Below, one piece after another: positions 17,843-26,877 of a DNA stretch of 64,000 bases (positions within the stretch are counted from its first letter, which is position 1; every line of letters begins with the position of its first letter). The DNA is from Candidatus Latescibacterota bacterium (GTDB lineage Bacteria > Latescibacterota > UBA2968 > UBA8231), in assembly GCA_965242865.1 (NCBI GenBank), contig CBDETK010000013.1, positions 5,549,567-5,613,566 of the forward strand. Reading direction: 5' to 3'. The notes beneath the pieces are model-generated. The model made no database searches, had not been told where the DNA came from, and saw nothing but the letters and a program-made list of their open reading frames with translations. The translations under genes and the position numbers were made by a program.

Positions 17843-18427
17843 CTACCATCGGGGGCGCTCCACTTGCACCTCGGGATGCGAGACAATTAAATGCCATATA
17901 ACGGCTTGGAAGGATTCCGTCAGCGGCGTGACCGCATCCGGGGCGACCGTCGGCACAATCGCGCAGGCGTCCGCGACTTGGGCCGTAAAGCCGCCATCTC
18001 GCCCGACGATGCCGCAGATTTTGGCCCCGACCTCTTGGGCGAACTCCAGCGCGGCCACCAAGTTGACGCTGGTGTTCAGCGGGCGATTGCCCCCGCCGAC
18101 CGACAAGATCAAGACCAGATCCCGTTCGTTTAAGCGGCTGCCCTTGAGCCAGTTGGCCAAGCTGGTGTCCCAGCCCTCGTCGTTGATGCGGGCCGTCAGC
18201 TCCGAGACGTTGTCCGTCGGGGCATAAGCCTCAATGCCGGCCAGCTTGCGAAAGTCGTTGACCGCGTGGCTGGCATTGGCCGCGCTGCCCCCCACGCCGA
18301 GGATAAAAAGCCGCCCCCCGCGCTGACGGGTCTCCACGCAGAGCCGCACCATCGCTTCGATCGCATTGCGGTCGAGCTGCTCAATGACTTGAGCGGCCGC
18401 GGCCAAGTACTGTTGGCTGTAACTCAT
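17843..18427 (-). CDS. gmhA: SIS-domain phosphoheptose isomerase
   Basis: GVGGSAANASHAVNDF, ELTARINDEGW, ESFQAVIWH. Confidence 0.8.
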   Translation of the reverse strand: MSYSQQYLAAAAQVIEQLDRNAIEAMVRLCVETRQRGGRLFILGVGGSAANASHAVNDFRKLAGIEAYAPTDNVSELTARINDEGWDTSLANWLKGSRLNERDLVLILSVGGGNRPLNTSVNLVAALEFAQEVGAKICGIVGRDGGFTAQVADACAIVPTVAPDAVTPLTESFQAVIWHLIVSHPEVQVERPRW

Positions 18428-18435
18428 GGGCTGGC

Positions 18436-19185
18436 TCACAGGCTGTAGCCGGCCGCCGTGGCATCCGCGTAAAAGGTCTGCACCGTGTCCAGCGAGAATT
18501 GGCCCAGTTCCTTGCCCAAGGTCGGCAGCTTTTTGATGATGTCGCTGGTACAGGTGATGATGTGGCAGCCGATGCGGTCGGCTTGGACGACATTGTACAC
18601 TTCGCGGGGGCTGGCCCAGATGAGCTCGGCGCGAGGATTGGGCGCGAGCAGCTCGACCGATTCGGCCATGACCGGCATGTAGTCTAGCCCGGCGTCGGCG
18701 ATGCGGCCGGCAAAGACCGACACGCAGCACGGTGCTCCGCCGGCGACCGCGGCCGCCACTTCGCGCACTTGCTCGAGCAGAAAAATCGCGGTGACGTTCA
18801 CCTTGACCCCGTCGTGCGACAGCCGCTGGACCAAGTCGTAGCTAACCTCGCCTTGGGTGTTGCTGACGGGAATTTTGGCGTACACGTTTGAGCCCCAAGT
18901 GGCGATCTCGCGGGCTTGGCGCTCCATGTCGTCGAACTCGTCTGAAAAGACTTCAAAGGAAATGTGGCGGTCGGGAATGGCCGCGACGATGTCGCGGGCA
19001 AAGGCCCGGTAGTCGGTGACGCCGGCTTGGCGCATCAAGGTGGGATTGGTCGTAAAGCCAGCCACCAGTGGATTGGCATAGCTGGCCAACATGCTAGCGC
19101 GGTCGGCCCCGTCGGCAAAAATTTTGACTGCGAGGTCGGCGGCGGTTTTTTCGGACGCGAGCACTTGGGAAGTGCGGGTGGTCAT
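18436..19185 (-). CDS. tal: Transaldolase (small type)
   Basis: KIFADGA, GFTTNPTLM, ISFEV, YAKIP, VNVTAIF, SVFAGRIAD, IWASPRE. Confidence 0.92.
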   Translation of the reverse strand: MTTRTSQVLASEKTAADLAVKIFADGADRASMLASYANPLVAGFTTNPTLMRQAGVTDYRAFARDIVAAIPDRHISFEVFSDEFDDMERQAREIATWGSNVYAKIPVSNTQGEVSYDLVQRLSHDGVKVNVTAIFLLEQVREVAAAVAGGAPCCVSVFAGRIADAGLDYMPVMAESVELLAPNPRAELIWASPREVYNVVQADRIGCHIITCTSDIIKKLPTLGKELGQFSLDTVQTFYADATAAGYSL

Positions 19186-19416
19186 GGTCTAGCTCCTTTA
19201 GATTCGCGGTATGCTTACGACACCAAGGCGGGACGCAGAAAAGGCGGCCGCAAAGGAGGGGTCGTGTGCTTGGGTCTGTTAATAGTAAAGATAAAACGCG
19301 CAGCCGAAAAATTGGGGCGGCCCACGTGCGGTGCGGTTGGCAATCGTAAAACGCGTGTCGTATAATTACAAGCAACCGCTGCATCTCACTCGCCATCCAT
19401 AAGTAGAGGCACTGCG

Positions 19417-20856
19417 ATGAAATACCAATGGGCACTGGTCGGTTTGCTAATCGCCTCCACCGGCTCTATAGCCGCTGAGCTCTCGCTGCAAGAGTGCATT
19501 GACTTGGCCCTGCAAAACAACTTGCAACACCAAAGGGACCAACAAACGCTCGCCAGCAGCCGCTTTCAGCTAACGTCGGCGCGGGCGCCCTTTGCCTTTA
19601 ACGTGAACGCCGACGCCACCGTCCCCAGCTTTACCGGGCTGAGCGATACCCAAGAAAACATCGCCCTCGAAACCCGAGTCCGCGAAGAGAGTTCCGACAT
19701 CTTGTACGCGGGCAATCTGCGCATGACCCAGCGCCTGCGCCACCTCGGCCAATTCACCCTGAACTCGTCGGCCCTGCGCCGCGACTTCTCGTCCAATCGC
19801 CGCGCCAACTTCCTCGACTATTCCGGTTCGACGCGCCTTTCCTACGAGCGCGACATCCTCGGCCAGCCCAGCGAGGAGATCGCGCTCAAGCGGGCCGAGC
19901 ACGGCCTGCAAAGCGCCCGCCTCCTCCTCGACCGCCAGCGGCTCCAGCTAGAGGGGCAAGTCATCGACGATTACTACGATTTGGTACAGAGCGTCCGCGA
20001 GCTCGAAATCGAACAACAGCGCCTGACCCAGTCGCGCGCCAATTTGGAGCTGGCGCAACGAAAATTTGAGGTCGGCCTCATCGCCGAAGTGGAGGCCCTG
20101 CGCTTACAGGTGGAGATGCTGCAGGCCGAGGCCACGTACGACCAAGCCCAAACCAATATCGAATTGCGCCGCGACATTCTCCGCGAGACCTTGGGGATCG
20201 ACGTGTGGGCCCCGCTCGAAATCGACACCGAGGTCCAGTACGAGATTCACCCCATTGACGCCCAACGCGCCCTCGAAATTGGCTTGGCGCGCCGCACCGA
20301 CATGAAACGAGCCGAAATTTTTGCGGAAATCCGCGCCTTGGAGCTAAAAGATGTCCGCCGCCGCAATGGCATGAACGCGACTTTTGGCGCCAACGTCAGC
20401 ATGCGGGGGCACGGCGACGAAATCGGCGCCATCCGCGACAATTTTGAGCGCAATCGCTGGGGCGTCGAGCTGCGAGTAACCCTGCCCCTGATCGACAGCG
20501 GCCAGCGGCGGGCGGCCGTCGGCCAAGCGCGCATCGCCTTGGAGCAAAGCCGCATCACCCGCGAGCAGCAGCGCCGCCAGATCATCCAACAGATCCGCGA
20601 CGCCACGCGCCGCGTCCACGAGGCCGAGCGCCAGATTGACCTGCGCCAAGCCGCCCTCGAATTTGCCCAGCGCACCTACGACGTCGAGCAGAGCCGCTTT
20701 GAGCTCGGCTTGGCCGACAGCCAGCAGTTGCTCCAAGCCCAAGGCAATTTGACCCAAGCCCAGATCAACGCCCTAGGCGCGGTCATCGGCTACCAGCGCC
20801 AGCTCAAAAACGCACGGCTCGCGACCATGGCCGAGCTCAAAGAACTGGCGCCGTAG
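19417..20856 (+). CDS. TolC family outer-membrane efflux protein
   Basis: Signal peptide, LSLQECIDLALQNN, RKFEVGLIAEVE, SRFELGLADS; two OEP repeats. Confidence 0.88.
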   Translation: MKYQWALVGLLIASTGSIAAELSLQECIDLALQNNLQHQRDQQTLASSRFQLTSARAPFAFNVNADATVPSFTGLSDTQENIALETRVREESSDILYAGNLRMTQRLRHLGQFTLNSSALRRDFSSNRRANFLDYSGSTRLSYERDILGQPSEEIALKRAEHGLQSARLLLDRQRLQLEGQVIDDYYDLVQSVRELEIEQQRLTQSRANLELAQRKFEVGLIAEVEALRLQVEMLQAEATYDQAQTNIELRRDILRETLGIDVWAPLEIDTEVQYEIHPIDAQRALEIGLARRTDMKRAEIFAEIRALELKDVRRRNGMNATFGANVSMRGHGDEIGAIRDNFERNRWGVELRVTLPLIDSGQRRAAVGQARIALEQSRITREQQRRQIIQQIRDATRRVHEAERQIDLRQAALEFAQRTYDVEQSRFELGLADSQQLLQAQGNLTQAQINALGAVIGYQRQLKNARLATMAELKELAP

Positions 20857-20870
20857 CCACCCCCCAATAC

Positions 20871-20914
20871 AAAGGCGGCCCAAGCTGCTCAACGCACGCT
20901 CGGGCCGCCCTTTT
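20871..20914. terminator. Putative bidirectional intrinsic terminator
   Basis: aaa-ggcggccc...gggccgcc-ctttt between convergent genes; the loop is long. Confidence 0.45.
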
Positions 20915-20936
20915 GCTAACGCGCCGCTTTAAGTGC

Positions 20937-21425
20937 CTAGCGGTCGTCTTCTGAATCCATCAGCGGATGCGAGAACTCTTCTATGTCCTCGCCAAACATC
21001 CGCCGCGGGCGCAGCCGGGTATAGGATGGAATCCGGTGTTGCTCCTCGGCCTCCTGACAGGACACGCACAGCCGCGCCGTAGGCAGTGCCTCCAAGCGCG
21101 GCTTGGGAATAAACGGACAGGTCTGGCACAGGTTTAAGGGCTTTTCGAGGCAGGCTTCGCACTTGCCGTACGTCGTGCTGTCCAGCTTCTCAAGCGCCAG
21201 CGTGACCTCCTCCAACTCGCGGCGCTCGGTATCGCCCAGCGCGACCAACAGCTCCATGGCGCCCGCCTCAACCGCTCGGTCGAGGTCGTCGGCCTTGGGG
21301 TCTTGCAGTTCGTCAATCTCGTGCTCGGTGCCGTCCAAATCGCTGAGCAATTCAGCGCGACGCACCAAGAGCTTCTTCTTTATTCGCTCTCGATCTCGCT
21401 TGTTGAGGGCCATCTTTTTGGCCAT
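20937..21425 (-). CDS. dksA: DksA/TraR family zinc-finger transcription factor
   Basis: Coiled coil with DxxDxA tip (DDLDRA); TYGKCEAC...IPKPRLEALPTARLCVSC. Confidence 0.8.
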   Translation of the reverse strand: MAKKMALNKRDRERIKKKLLVRRAELLSDLDGTEHEIDELQDPKADDLDRAVEAGAMELLVALGDTERRELEEVTLALEKLDSTTYGKCEACLEKPLNLCQTCPFIPKPRLEALPTARLCVSCQEAEEQHRIPSYTRLRPRRMFGEDIEEFSHPLMDSEDDR

Positions 21426-21456
21426 AGCTCCCTTCTCCTTTAACCGGCTCTACCGT

Positions 21457-23208
21457 TCAAATGCCCGCGGGCTGCAAGCGAAAAACCGCCGTGCCCAACG
21501 GGCCTAGCTCGGCCGCGAGCCGTCCGTTGGCCAGCGTTGGGTCCGCTCGGCCGTGGAGTGCTTCGGCTCGTCGCATCGGCGGCAAACCGGCTAGACGCAA
21601 ATCGAGCCGCCGCGGCTCTTCGGCGACATTGACGGCAAACACGTAAAAATCGCGGTTGTATTCTCTGACTGCCACTTCGACCTCGCCACCCGCCGGTTGT
21701 GCCTCCAAGCGGTGCTCCTCCTGCAAGAGCACCGGCCCTAATTCGGCGAGCTCGGCCGCGAGGTCCTGCACTTCTCGCCACAATTCCAAGGGCTGAATGT
21801 GGCGTTCGTTTTCTTGGCAATGGCGGTAAAACAACACGCCCTTGGCCCCTCCGACCACCCCTTGGTAGATCATGTTCCGCAACTCGGTCGCCGTCGGCGA
21901 GCGCGGCCAGTGTTCCACGCCGCCAAAGGCTTGGGCTACCAACCAGACGGGCTTTCGGTCCAGCGAAGTCCAGCGCGCCTGCTGCATGGAGTCGCGCACC
22001 CGGCTGATGGGGTAATTCGGGATCGGATAGACGTCTATGGCCAGAATATCGCTGGCCCCGGCATACGTCGCGTATAGCTTCGGCCGGTTGTTGACCAAAT
22101 AGGCCGGGTGGTACGGGTCGCGCTTCCGCACGAGCTCGTATATGGCCTCGGCCGCGGCCGGTGCCATCTTGGTCTCGCCCGGCTCATCGACGATGTACCA
22201 AGCGAGCAGTGCTGGGTGCTGGCGATACCGCTCGACCAGGGCGGCAATGGCCCGATAGTCCGGCTCGGGCTGTCGCCGCGCGTACTCGGTCAGCTCCAGC
22301 AGGATGTACATCCCGGCCTCGGCCGCCTCGTCCATCAGCGCGGCAATTTGTTCGCCGCGCAACTTGTAGAAGTAATCCCCGGAATTGAAGTGTAGCCGGC
22401 GCATGGGGGCGAGAATGTCCGCCCGCAGCCAGTACAGGCCAATGGGAAAGAACGGCTCGCCGTCGATGAGCAAGGACTGGCTGAACTGGTCGATTTTTAC
22501 CTCTCTTGCGGCTGGCGCGAATTTCTCGCAGGGCACGACGAGTGAATCGGCCCCGCCGACCGGGTCCTGCCATTGCGCCGCCAGCCAGTAGCGCCCCTCG
22601 GGCAAATTGTAGGCGTCAAAGGCCCCGGCGACCTCCTGCCCGACCACGTTTACCTCCACGCGCTCTAAGACCTCGATGCCGCGCCGCAATTCGACCGTCG
22701 CGGGGATGGGGGTATGGCCGTGGCGATTGCGCCGCAGCCGGAAGCGAATCGCATCCTCTACGGTGTAATACGAGCGATCGGCCGAAAATTCCCAAGCGGG
22801 CCGCGCCAACAGACGCCACTCGGCCTCGTGGATGGGCGCGTCGCGCGCGGGATCGCGTAGCCGCAGGGACGCGCGGTGAACGCCCGCCTCTTCCAACCGA
22901 TAGGGCAGCGCGTAGCGCACGAGCCGCCCCCGCGGCACTTGCAACCGATGCTCGTCCGTGCGCTGGACGCCCGCAGGGGTTTCCCACTCCAGTGCCGCTA
23001 GCAGGACGTGCGAACCAGTACCCGGCCTAAACAACTGCAAGTCGAGCAGGTTGTCGCCAACTACGGGGAGCTGTTCTTGGATGATCTGGACCGTGGGCAC
23101 TCCGGGCGTCGTCTTAGGGGCCATTTGCCCGCAAGCGCTTAACAGGGCCAACAGGGCAAAGCAAAAGGGCCGAGAGACAACGCCCCTCGGCAGCAATCGC
23201 CCGTTCAA
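21457..23208 (-). CDS. Lipoprotein with glycoside-hydrolase-like TIM barrel
   Basis: LLSAC lipobox; LIDGEPFFPIGLY, HPALLAWYIVDEP, DPYHP, DILAIDVYP, KPVWLVAQAF, GAKGVLFY. Confidence 0.75.
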   Translation of the reverse strand: MNGRLLPRGVVSRPFCFALLALLSACGQMAPKTTPGVPTVQIIQEQLPVVGDNLLDLQLFRPGTGSHVLLAALEWETPAGVQRTDEHRLQVPRGRLVRYALPYRLEEAGVHRASLRLRDPARDAPIHEAEWRLLARPAWEFSADRSYYTVEDAIRFRLRRNRHGHTPIPATVELRRGIEVLERVEVNVVGQEVAGAFDAYNLPEGRYWLAAQWQDPVGGADSLVVPCEKFAPAAREVKIDQFSQSLLIDGEPFFPIGLYWLRADILAPMRRLHFNSGDYFYKLRGEQIAALMDEAAEAGMYILLELTEYARRQPEPDYRAIAALVERYRQHPALLAWYIVDEPGETKMAPAAAEAIYELVRKRDPYHPAYLVNNRPKLYATYAGASDILAIDVYPIPNYPISRVRDSMQQARWTSLDRKPVWLVAQAFGGVEHWPRSPTATELRNMIYQGVVGGAKGVLFYRHCQENERHIQPLELWREVQDLAAELAELGPVLLQEEHRLEAQPAGGEVEVAVREYNRDFYVFAVNVAEEPRRLDLRLAGLPPMRRAEALHGRADPTLANGRLAAELGPLGTAVFRLQPAGI

Positions 23209-23975
23209 GGCGACCTGCCGGCTTGCTCGGTCCCGAGCGAACGCAAGCGGTCCCTGAGCGAAGCGGCCAACTCGAATCGCTCGGTCTCAACGGCGGCCTG
23301 CAAGTCAGCCGTTAGCTGCTCGCGCAAGGTGCGCGGCCGACTGCTCTCCACCTCGCCTTCCCACTCGCGCAAAAAGAGCAACTCAGGGCACTGGTCGAGC
23401 TGGTCCAATTGACCAATTTTGGCGAGGAACGCCTCGATCTCGGCGATGCCCCGGCGAATCTCGGCGAGCGCCTCGGCGTGGTTTTCGGCTTCTAGACAGG
23501 CCAGTGCCCGCGCTTGCACTCGATGGGCGGTGACAAAGACGCGGTATTGTTCGGCGAGCTGGCGGTCTTCGTCCTCTTCGGCGCATTCGTAGCACAAGTC
23601 GAGGATGGCGAGGTTGTGCATGGCGTCCTCTTCGGCTCGCTCGTATTCCTTGAGTTCAAAAAAACCGATCCGCCGCCAGTAGTATTTCATGGCCTCTTGG
23701 GCCAACTCGGAACAATCGTCGTGCGAGAGGCTAAAGGTGCCCGGGCCGTGTGCTCTTTCCCAATCGCGTTGCTTTTGGCAGTAGTAATCCAGCAGCGACC
23801 CATAGCCGTGTGGACGGAGCGCGTCGGGACGGCCCCGCCATTCGAGCTGCATCAGGCCCAGATCCATGCGGATTTGGAGCTTTGCACTGCCGTTGCCGCC
23901 GCGTATTTTGCGCACGTTCAACTCGCCTGGGGCGTACTTCCAATCGCCGAGGATCGGGCCGATATCGCTTTCCAT
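23205..23975 (-). CDS. Conserved protein with C-terminal UvrB/UvrC (UVR) motif
   Basis: LQIRMDLGLMQLEWRGRPD; C-terminal LQAAVETERFELAASLRDRLR. Confidence 0.8.
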   Translation of the reverse strand: MESDIGPILGDWKYAPGELNVRKIRGGNGSAKLQIRMDLGLMQLEWRGRPDALRPHGYGSLLDYYCQKQRDWERAHGPGTFSLSHDDCSELAQEAMKYYWRRIGFFELKEYERAEEDAMHNLAILDLCYECAEEDEDRQLAEQYRVFVTAHRVQARALACLEAENHAEALAEIRRGIAEIEAFLAKIGQLDQLDQCPELLFLREWEGEVESSRPRTLREQLTADLQAAVETERFELAASLRDRLRSLGTEQAGRSP

Positions 23976-24125
23976 GGACTGTGCTTGGCTTTTAGGCCGG
24001 GGTAGCAGGCGAACGAAGCGTCCGCGCACCTCGCCCGCAACGGGGTGAGCCTATTGAGTATGTGGTGATTTTTCTTTTCGGTTGGGAGCCGTTTTATAAT
24101 ATGCGCTGGGCATACCCTTGTCAAC

Positions 24126-24974
24126 TTACGGACCGGCGGCTGTGGAATCGACTGTTACCGGCTGCGGAGCACTGGTGATTTCGCTTATTATGGCCAGCAA
24201 TTCCTTCTGCAAGGTCGGGCTTACGCGCAGGCTGTCTAGGTAGTTTTCAATGACCGGAATGGCGGCGGTCCCCACGGCCGCGATCGCCTCATGGGTTAGG
24301 GCGCGTTCTTCGGGCGTGGGGTCGTATTCCATCTGCATAGGCTCGATGGGCGTGCCGAACATGCTCACTCGGGGCTGCCCCCCTTCCCCAAAGGGATCCA
24401 ATCCTATGTTTGGATAGCGTCGCTGGCCGGCCGTGGAATCGGCGTCGAGCGGGCCATAAGGGCCGTAGGGAAAGGGGCGCTCCTCGCCGGTGAACACGCC
24501 CCGTCGGGTTCGCTGCTCAGTGCGGAGCGCGAGTAGGTCGTAGTAGCCGAGGGCATTCACCAAAATTTCGGCCGCCTTGGTCCCCCCCATCTTTCCGAGC
24601 GCTTCAATCGCGGCCATCCGCAGCTCGGCGTCGGCCGTATTGAGCGAGCGATCGAGCAACCGCCCTATATCCGGGGCTGCGTCTTGGTCGCCGATCGCGC
24701 CCAGCGAGCGGAGCGCGTCCTGCTTGAGCGTGGTGCGCTGCTCGTAGTCTTGGAGCGCCATTCTCAGCACGGGCACGGCGCGCGGGTCGCCGATCTCCCC
24801 GAGAATGCGCGCGGCCTTGCGCCGCGTGGCGTAGGGATAGTCTTGGCGGGAGACGATCTCCATGATCCGGTCTAACTGGGCGTGGTCGCCCTCCTGATAG
24901 AGCGCGTGCATCTGGTTGACATTCGTGCAACCTAAAGGGGCCAAAACGACCACTAAAAGCGCGATTCCATACAT
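24126..24974 (-). CDS. HEAT-repeat lipoprotein
   Basis: PLGC lipobox; RRKAARILGEIGDPRAVPVL, LRMAAIEALGKMG. Confidence 0.85.
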   Translation of the reverse strand: MYGIALLVVVLAPLGCTNVNQMHALYQEGDHAQLDRIMEIVSRQDYPYATRRKAARILGEIGDPRAVPVLRMALQDYEQRTTLKQDALRSLGAIGDQDAAPDIGRLLDRSLNTADAELRMAAIEALGKMGGTKAAEILVNALGYYDLLALRTEQRTRRGVFTGEERPFPYGPYGPLDADSTAGQRRYPNIGLDPFGEGGQPRVSMFGTPIEPMQMEYDPTPEERALTHEAIAAVGTAAIPVIENYLDSLRVSPTLQKELLAIISEITSAPQPVTVDSTAAGP

Positions 24975-25078
24975 GGCTGTCCTCCTCTGTCCTCCCCTTG
25001 CTGCAAAGCGGGCTTTCCTCTATACTTGCAAACTGCAAACTGCAAATTTCCCACTGCACAGCAACAGCAAAAACTCCA

Positions 25079-25870
25079 GTGAACGCCCCACAAACCCACA
25101 ACCGCCAACCCATTCCCGGCATTAAAGATACACTGGCCATCGCTAGCGGCAAGGGCGGCGTCGGCAAGTCCACGCTCTGCGCCAACTTGGCCGTGAGCTT
25201 GGCCGGCCAAGGGCTGCGGGTCGGCGTACTCGACGCCGACATCTACGGCCCCAACATCCCGGGCTTGCTCGGTCTCGCCGGGCGACCCACCGCGGAGGAC
25301 GGCCGCATCCAGCCCTTGGCCGCGCACGGGCTCAAAGCCATTTCCATGGGCTTGCTAATGGACCCGGGCACCCCGGTCGTGTGGCGCGGCCCCATGCTGG
25401 CCAAGATGACTCATCAGTTCCTCTTCAATGTCACTTGGGGCGAGCTCGATTTGCTGCTCATCGACTTGCCGCCCGGGACCGGGGATGTGCAAATCACCCT
25501 GACCCAAGTGGCCCCGTTGACGGCCGCCTTGATCGTCACCACGCCCTCGGCCATTGCCCTCGAAGACGTGCGCCGCGGCGTTGAGATGTTCCGCCAGACC
25601 GAGGTGCCCATCGTCGGCCTAATCGAAAACATGAGCTATTTCCACTGCGACCGCTGCGGCCATGCGGACCCCATCTTTGGCACGGGTGGGGGCCGCGCCA
25701 CCGCCCGCCGCTTGGGCATTCCCCATCTGGGCGAAATCCCGCTCGACCCGCTCGTCCGCCACCAAGCCGATGCGGGGGCGCCGGTCGTGCGATCGCATCC
25801 CCAAGCCGAGGGCAGCCAAGCCCTCGCGCACCTCGCCACTGCCATCGGCGCGTACTTCGAGCACCGATGA
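25079..25870 (+). CDS. mrp: Mrp/NBP35 (ApbC) Fe-S carrier ATPase
   Basis: SGKGGVGKST, DADIYGP, VWRGPM, DLPPGTGD, ENMSYFHCDRC. Confidence 0.92.
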   Translation: MNAPQTHNRQPIPGIKDTLAIASGKGGVGKSTLCANLAVSLAGQGLRVGVLDADIYGPNIPGLLGLAGRPTAEDGRIQPLAAHGLKAISMGLLMDPGTPVVWRGPMLAKMTHQFLFNVTWGELDLLLIDLPPGTGDVQITLTQVAPLTAALIVTTPSAIALEDVRRGVEMFRQTEVPIVGLIENMSYFHCDRCGHADPIFGTGGGRATARRLGIPHLGEIPLDPLVRHQADAGAPVVRSHPQAEGSQALAHLATAIGAYFEHR

Positions 25871-26877
25871 GCCGCGTCCAAATCGCCTGCGTTGGCGCGG
25901 GGTATTGGGGCAAAAACCTAGTGCGCGTCTTCCGCGAGTTGCCCGACGTGCAGCTGCGCCACGTTTGCGACGCCAGCTCGAACATCCGCAGCACCATCCA
26001 GCACCAGTTCCCAGCAGTCCCAGTCACCGCCCGTTACGACGAGGTGCTCAACGACGACGCGCTCGACGCAGTGGTATTGGCGGTGCCGGCCTCGGACCAC
26101 TACGAATTGGCCCGCCGCGCCCTAGCGCACGGCAAGCACGTGTACGTCGAAAAGCCCATGACCCTCAACGCCACCACAGCGGCTCACTTGGTCGAATTAG
26201 CCGCCGAGCGGGACCGGGTGCTCATGGTCGGGCACCTGCTCAAGTACCACCCGGCCGTGCAAATGCTGCATGGTTTGATAAGGGAAGGGGCGCTGGGCGA
26301 CTTGTACTATTTGTACTCCCAGCGCGTCAACTTGGGCATTGTCCGTAGCGACGAAAACGCCCTGTGGAGCTTGGCGCCCCACGACATAGCGGTCATCCTG
26401 TACCTGCTCGGCCAAGAGCCGGACGCCGTCAGCGCCCGCGGCGAGTGCTATTTGCAAGCCGACATCGAAGACGTGGTCTTTGCCAATTTGCACTTTGCCG
26501 ATGGCAAGATGGCGCAGATGCAACTCTCTTGGCTCGACCCGCACCGCATCCGCCGCCTGACAGTGGTCGGCAGCCGCAAGATGGCGGTGTTTGACGACGT
26601 GGAGAGCACGGAAAAGGTGCGCATCTACGACAAATCGGCTGAGCGGCCCCAATACGACTCGTATGGCGATTCCATCGCGCTGCGCTTTGGCGATGTCGTC
26701 ATTCCGCGGCTGCAAATGGCCGAGCCGCTCAAGCTCGAATGCCAGCACTTCGCCGAGTGCGTGCGCACCGGCCAAGTGCCGCGCAGCGATGGCCGCGACG
26801 GGCTGCGCGTCGTGCGCGTCTTGGAGGCGGCCCAGGCGTCGCTGCGCCAAGCCGGGGCTCCCGTGCCGCTGCGCTAG
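25867..26877 (+). CDS. Gfo/Idh/MocA oxidoreductase (nucleotide-sugar dehydrogenase-like)
   Basis: VGAGYWG, GKHVYVEKP, LMVGH, WSLAPHD. Confidence 0.9.
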   Translation: MSRVQIACVGAGYWGKNLVRVFRELPDVQLRHVCDASSNIRSTIQHQFPAVPVTARYDEVLNDDALDAVVLAVPASDHYELARRALAHGKHVYVEKPMTLNATTAAHLVELAAERDRVLMVGHLLKYHPAVQMLHGLIREGALGDLYYLYSQRVNLGIVRSDENALWSLAPHDIAVILYLLGQEPDAVSARGECYLQADIEDVVFANLHFADGKMAQMQLSWLDPHRIRRLTVVGSRKMAVFDDVESTEKVRIYDKSAERPQYDSYGDSIALRFGDVVIPRLQMAEPLKLECQHFAECVRTGQVPRSDGRDGLRVVRVLEAAQASLRQAGAPVPLR

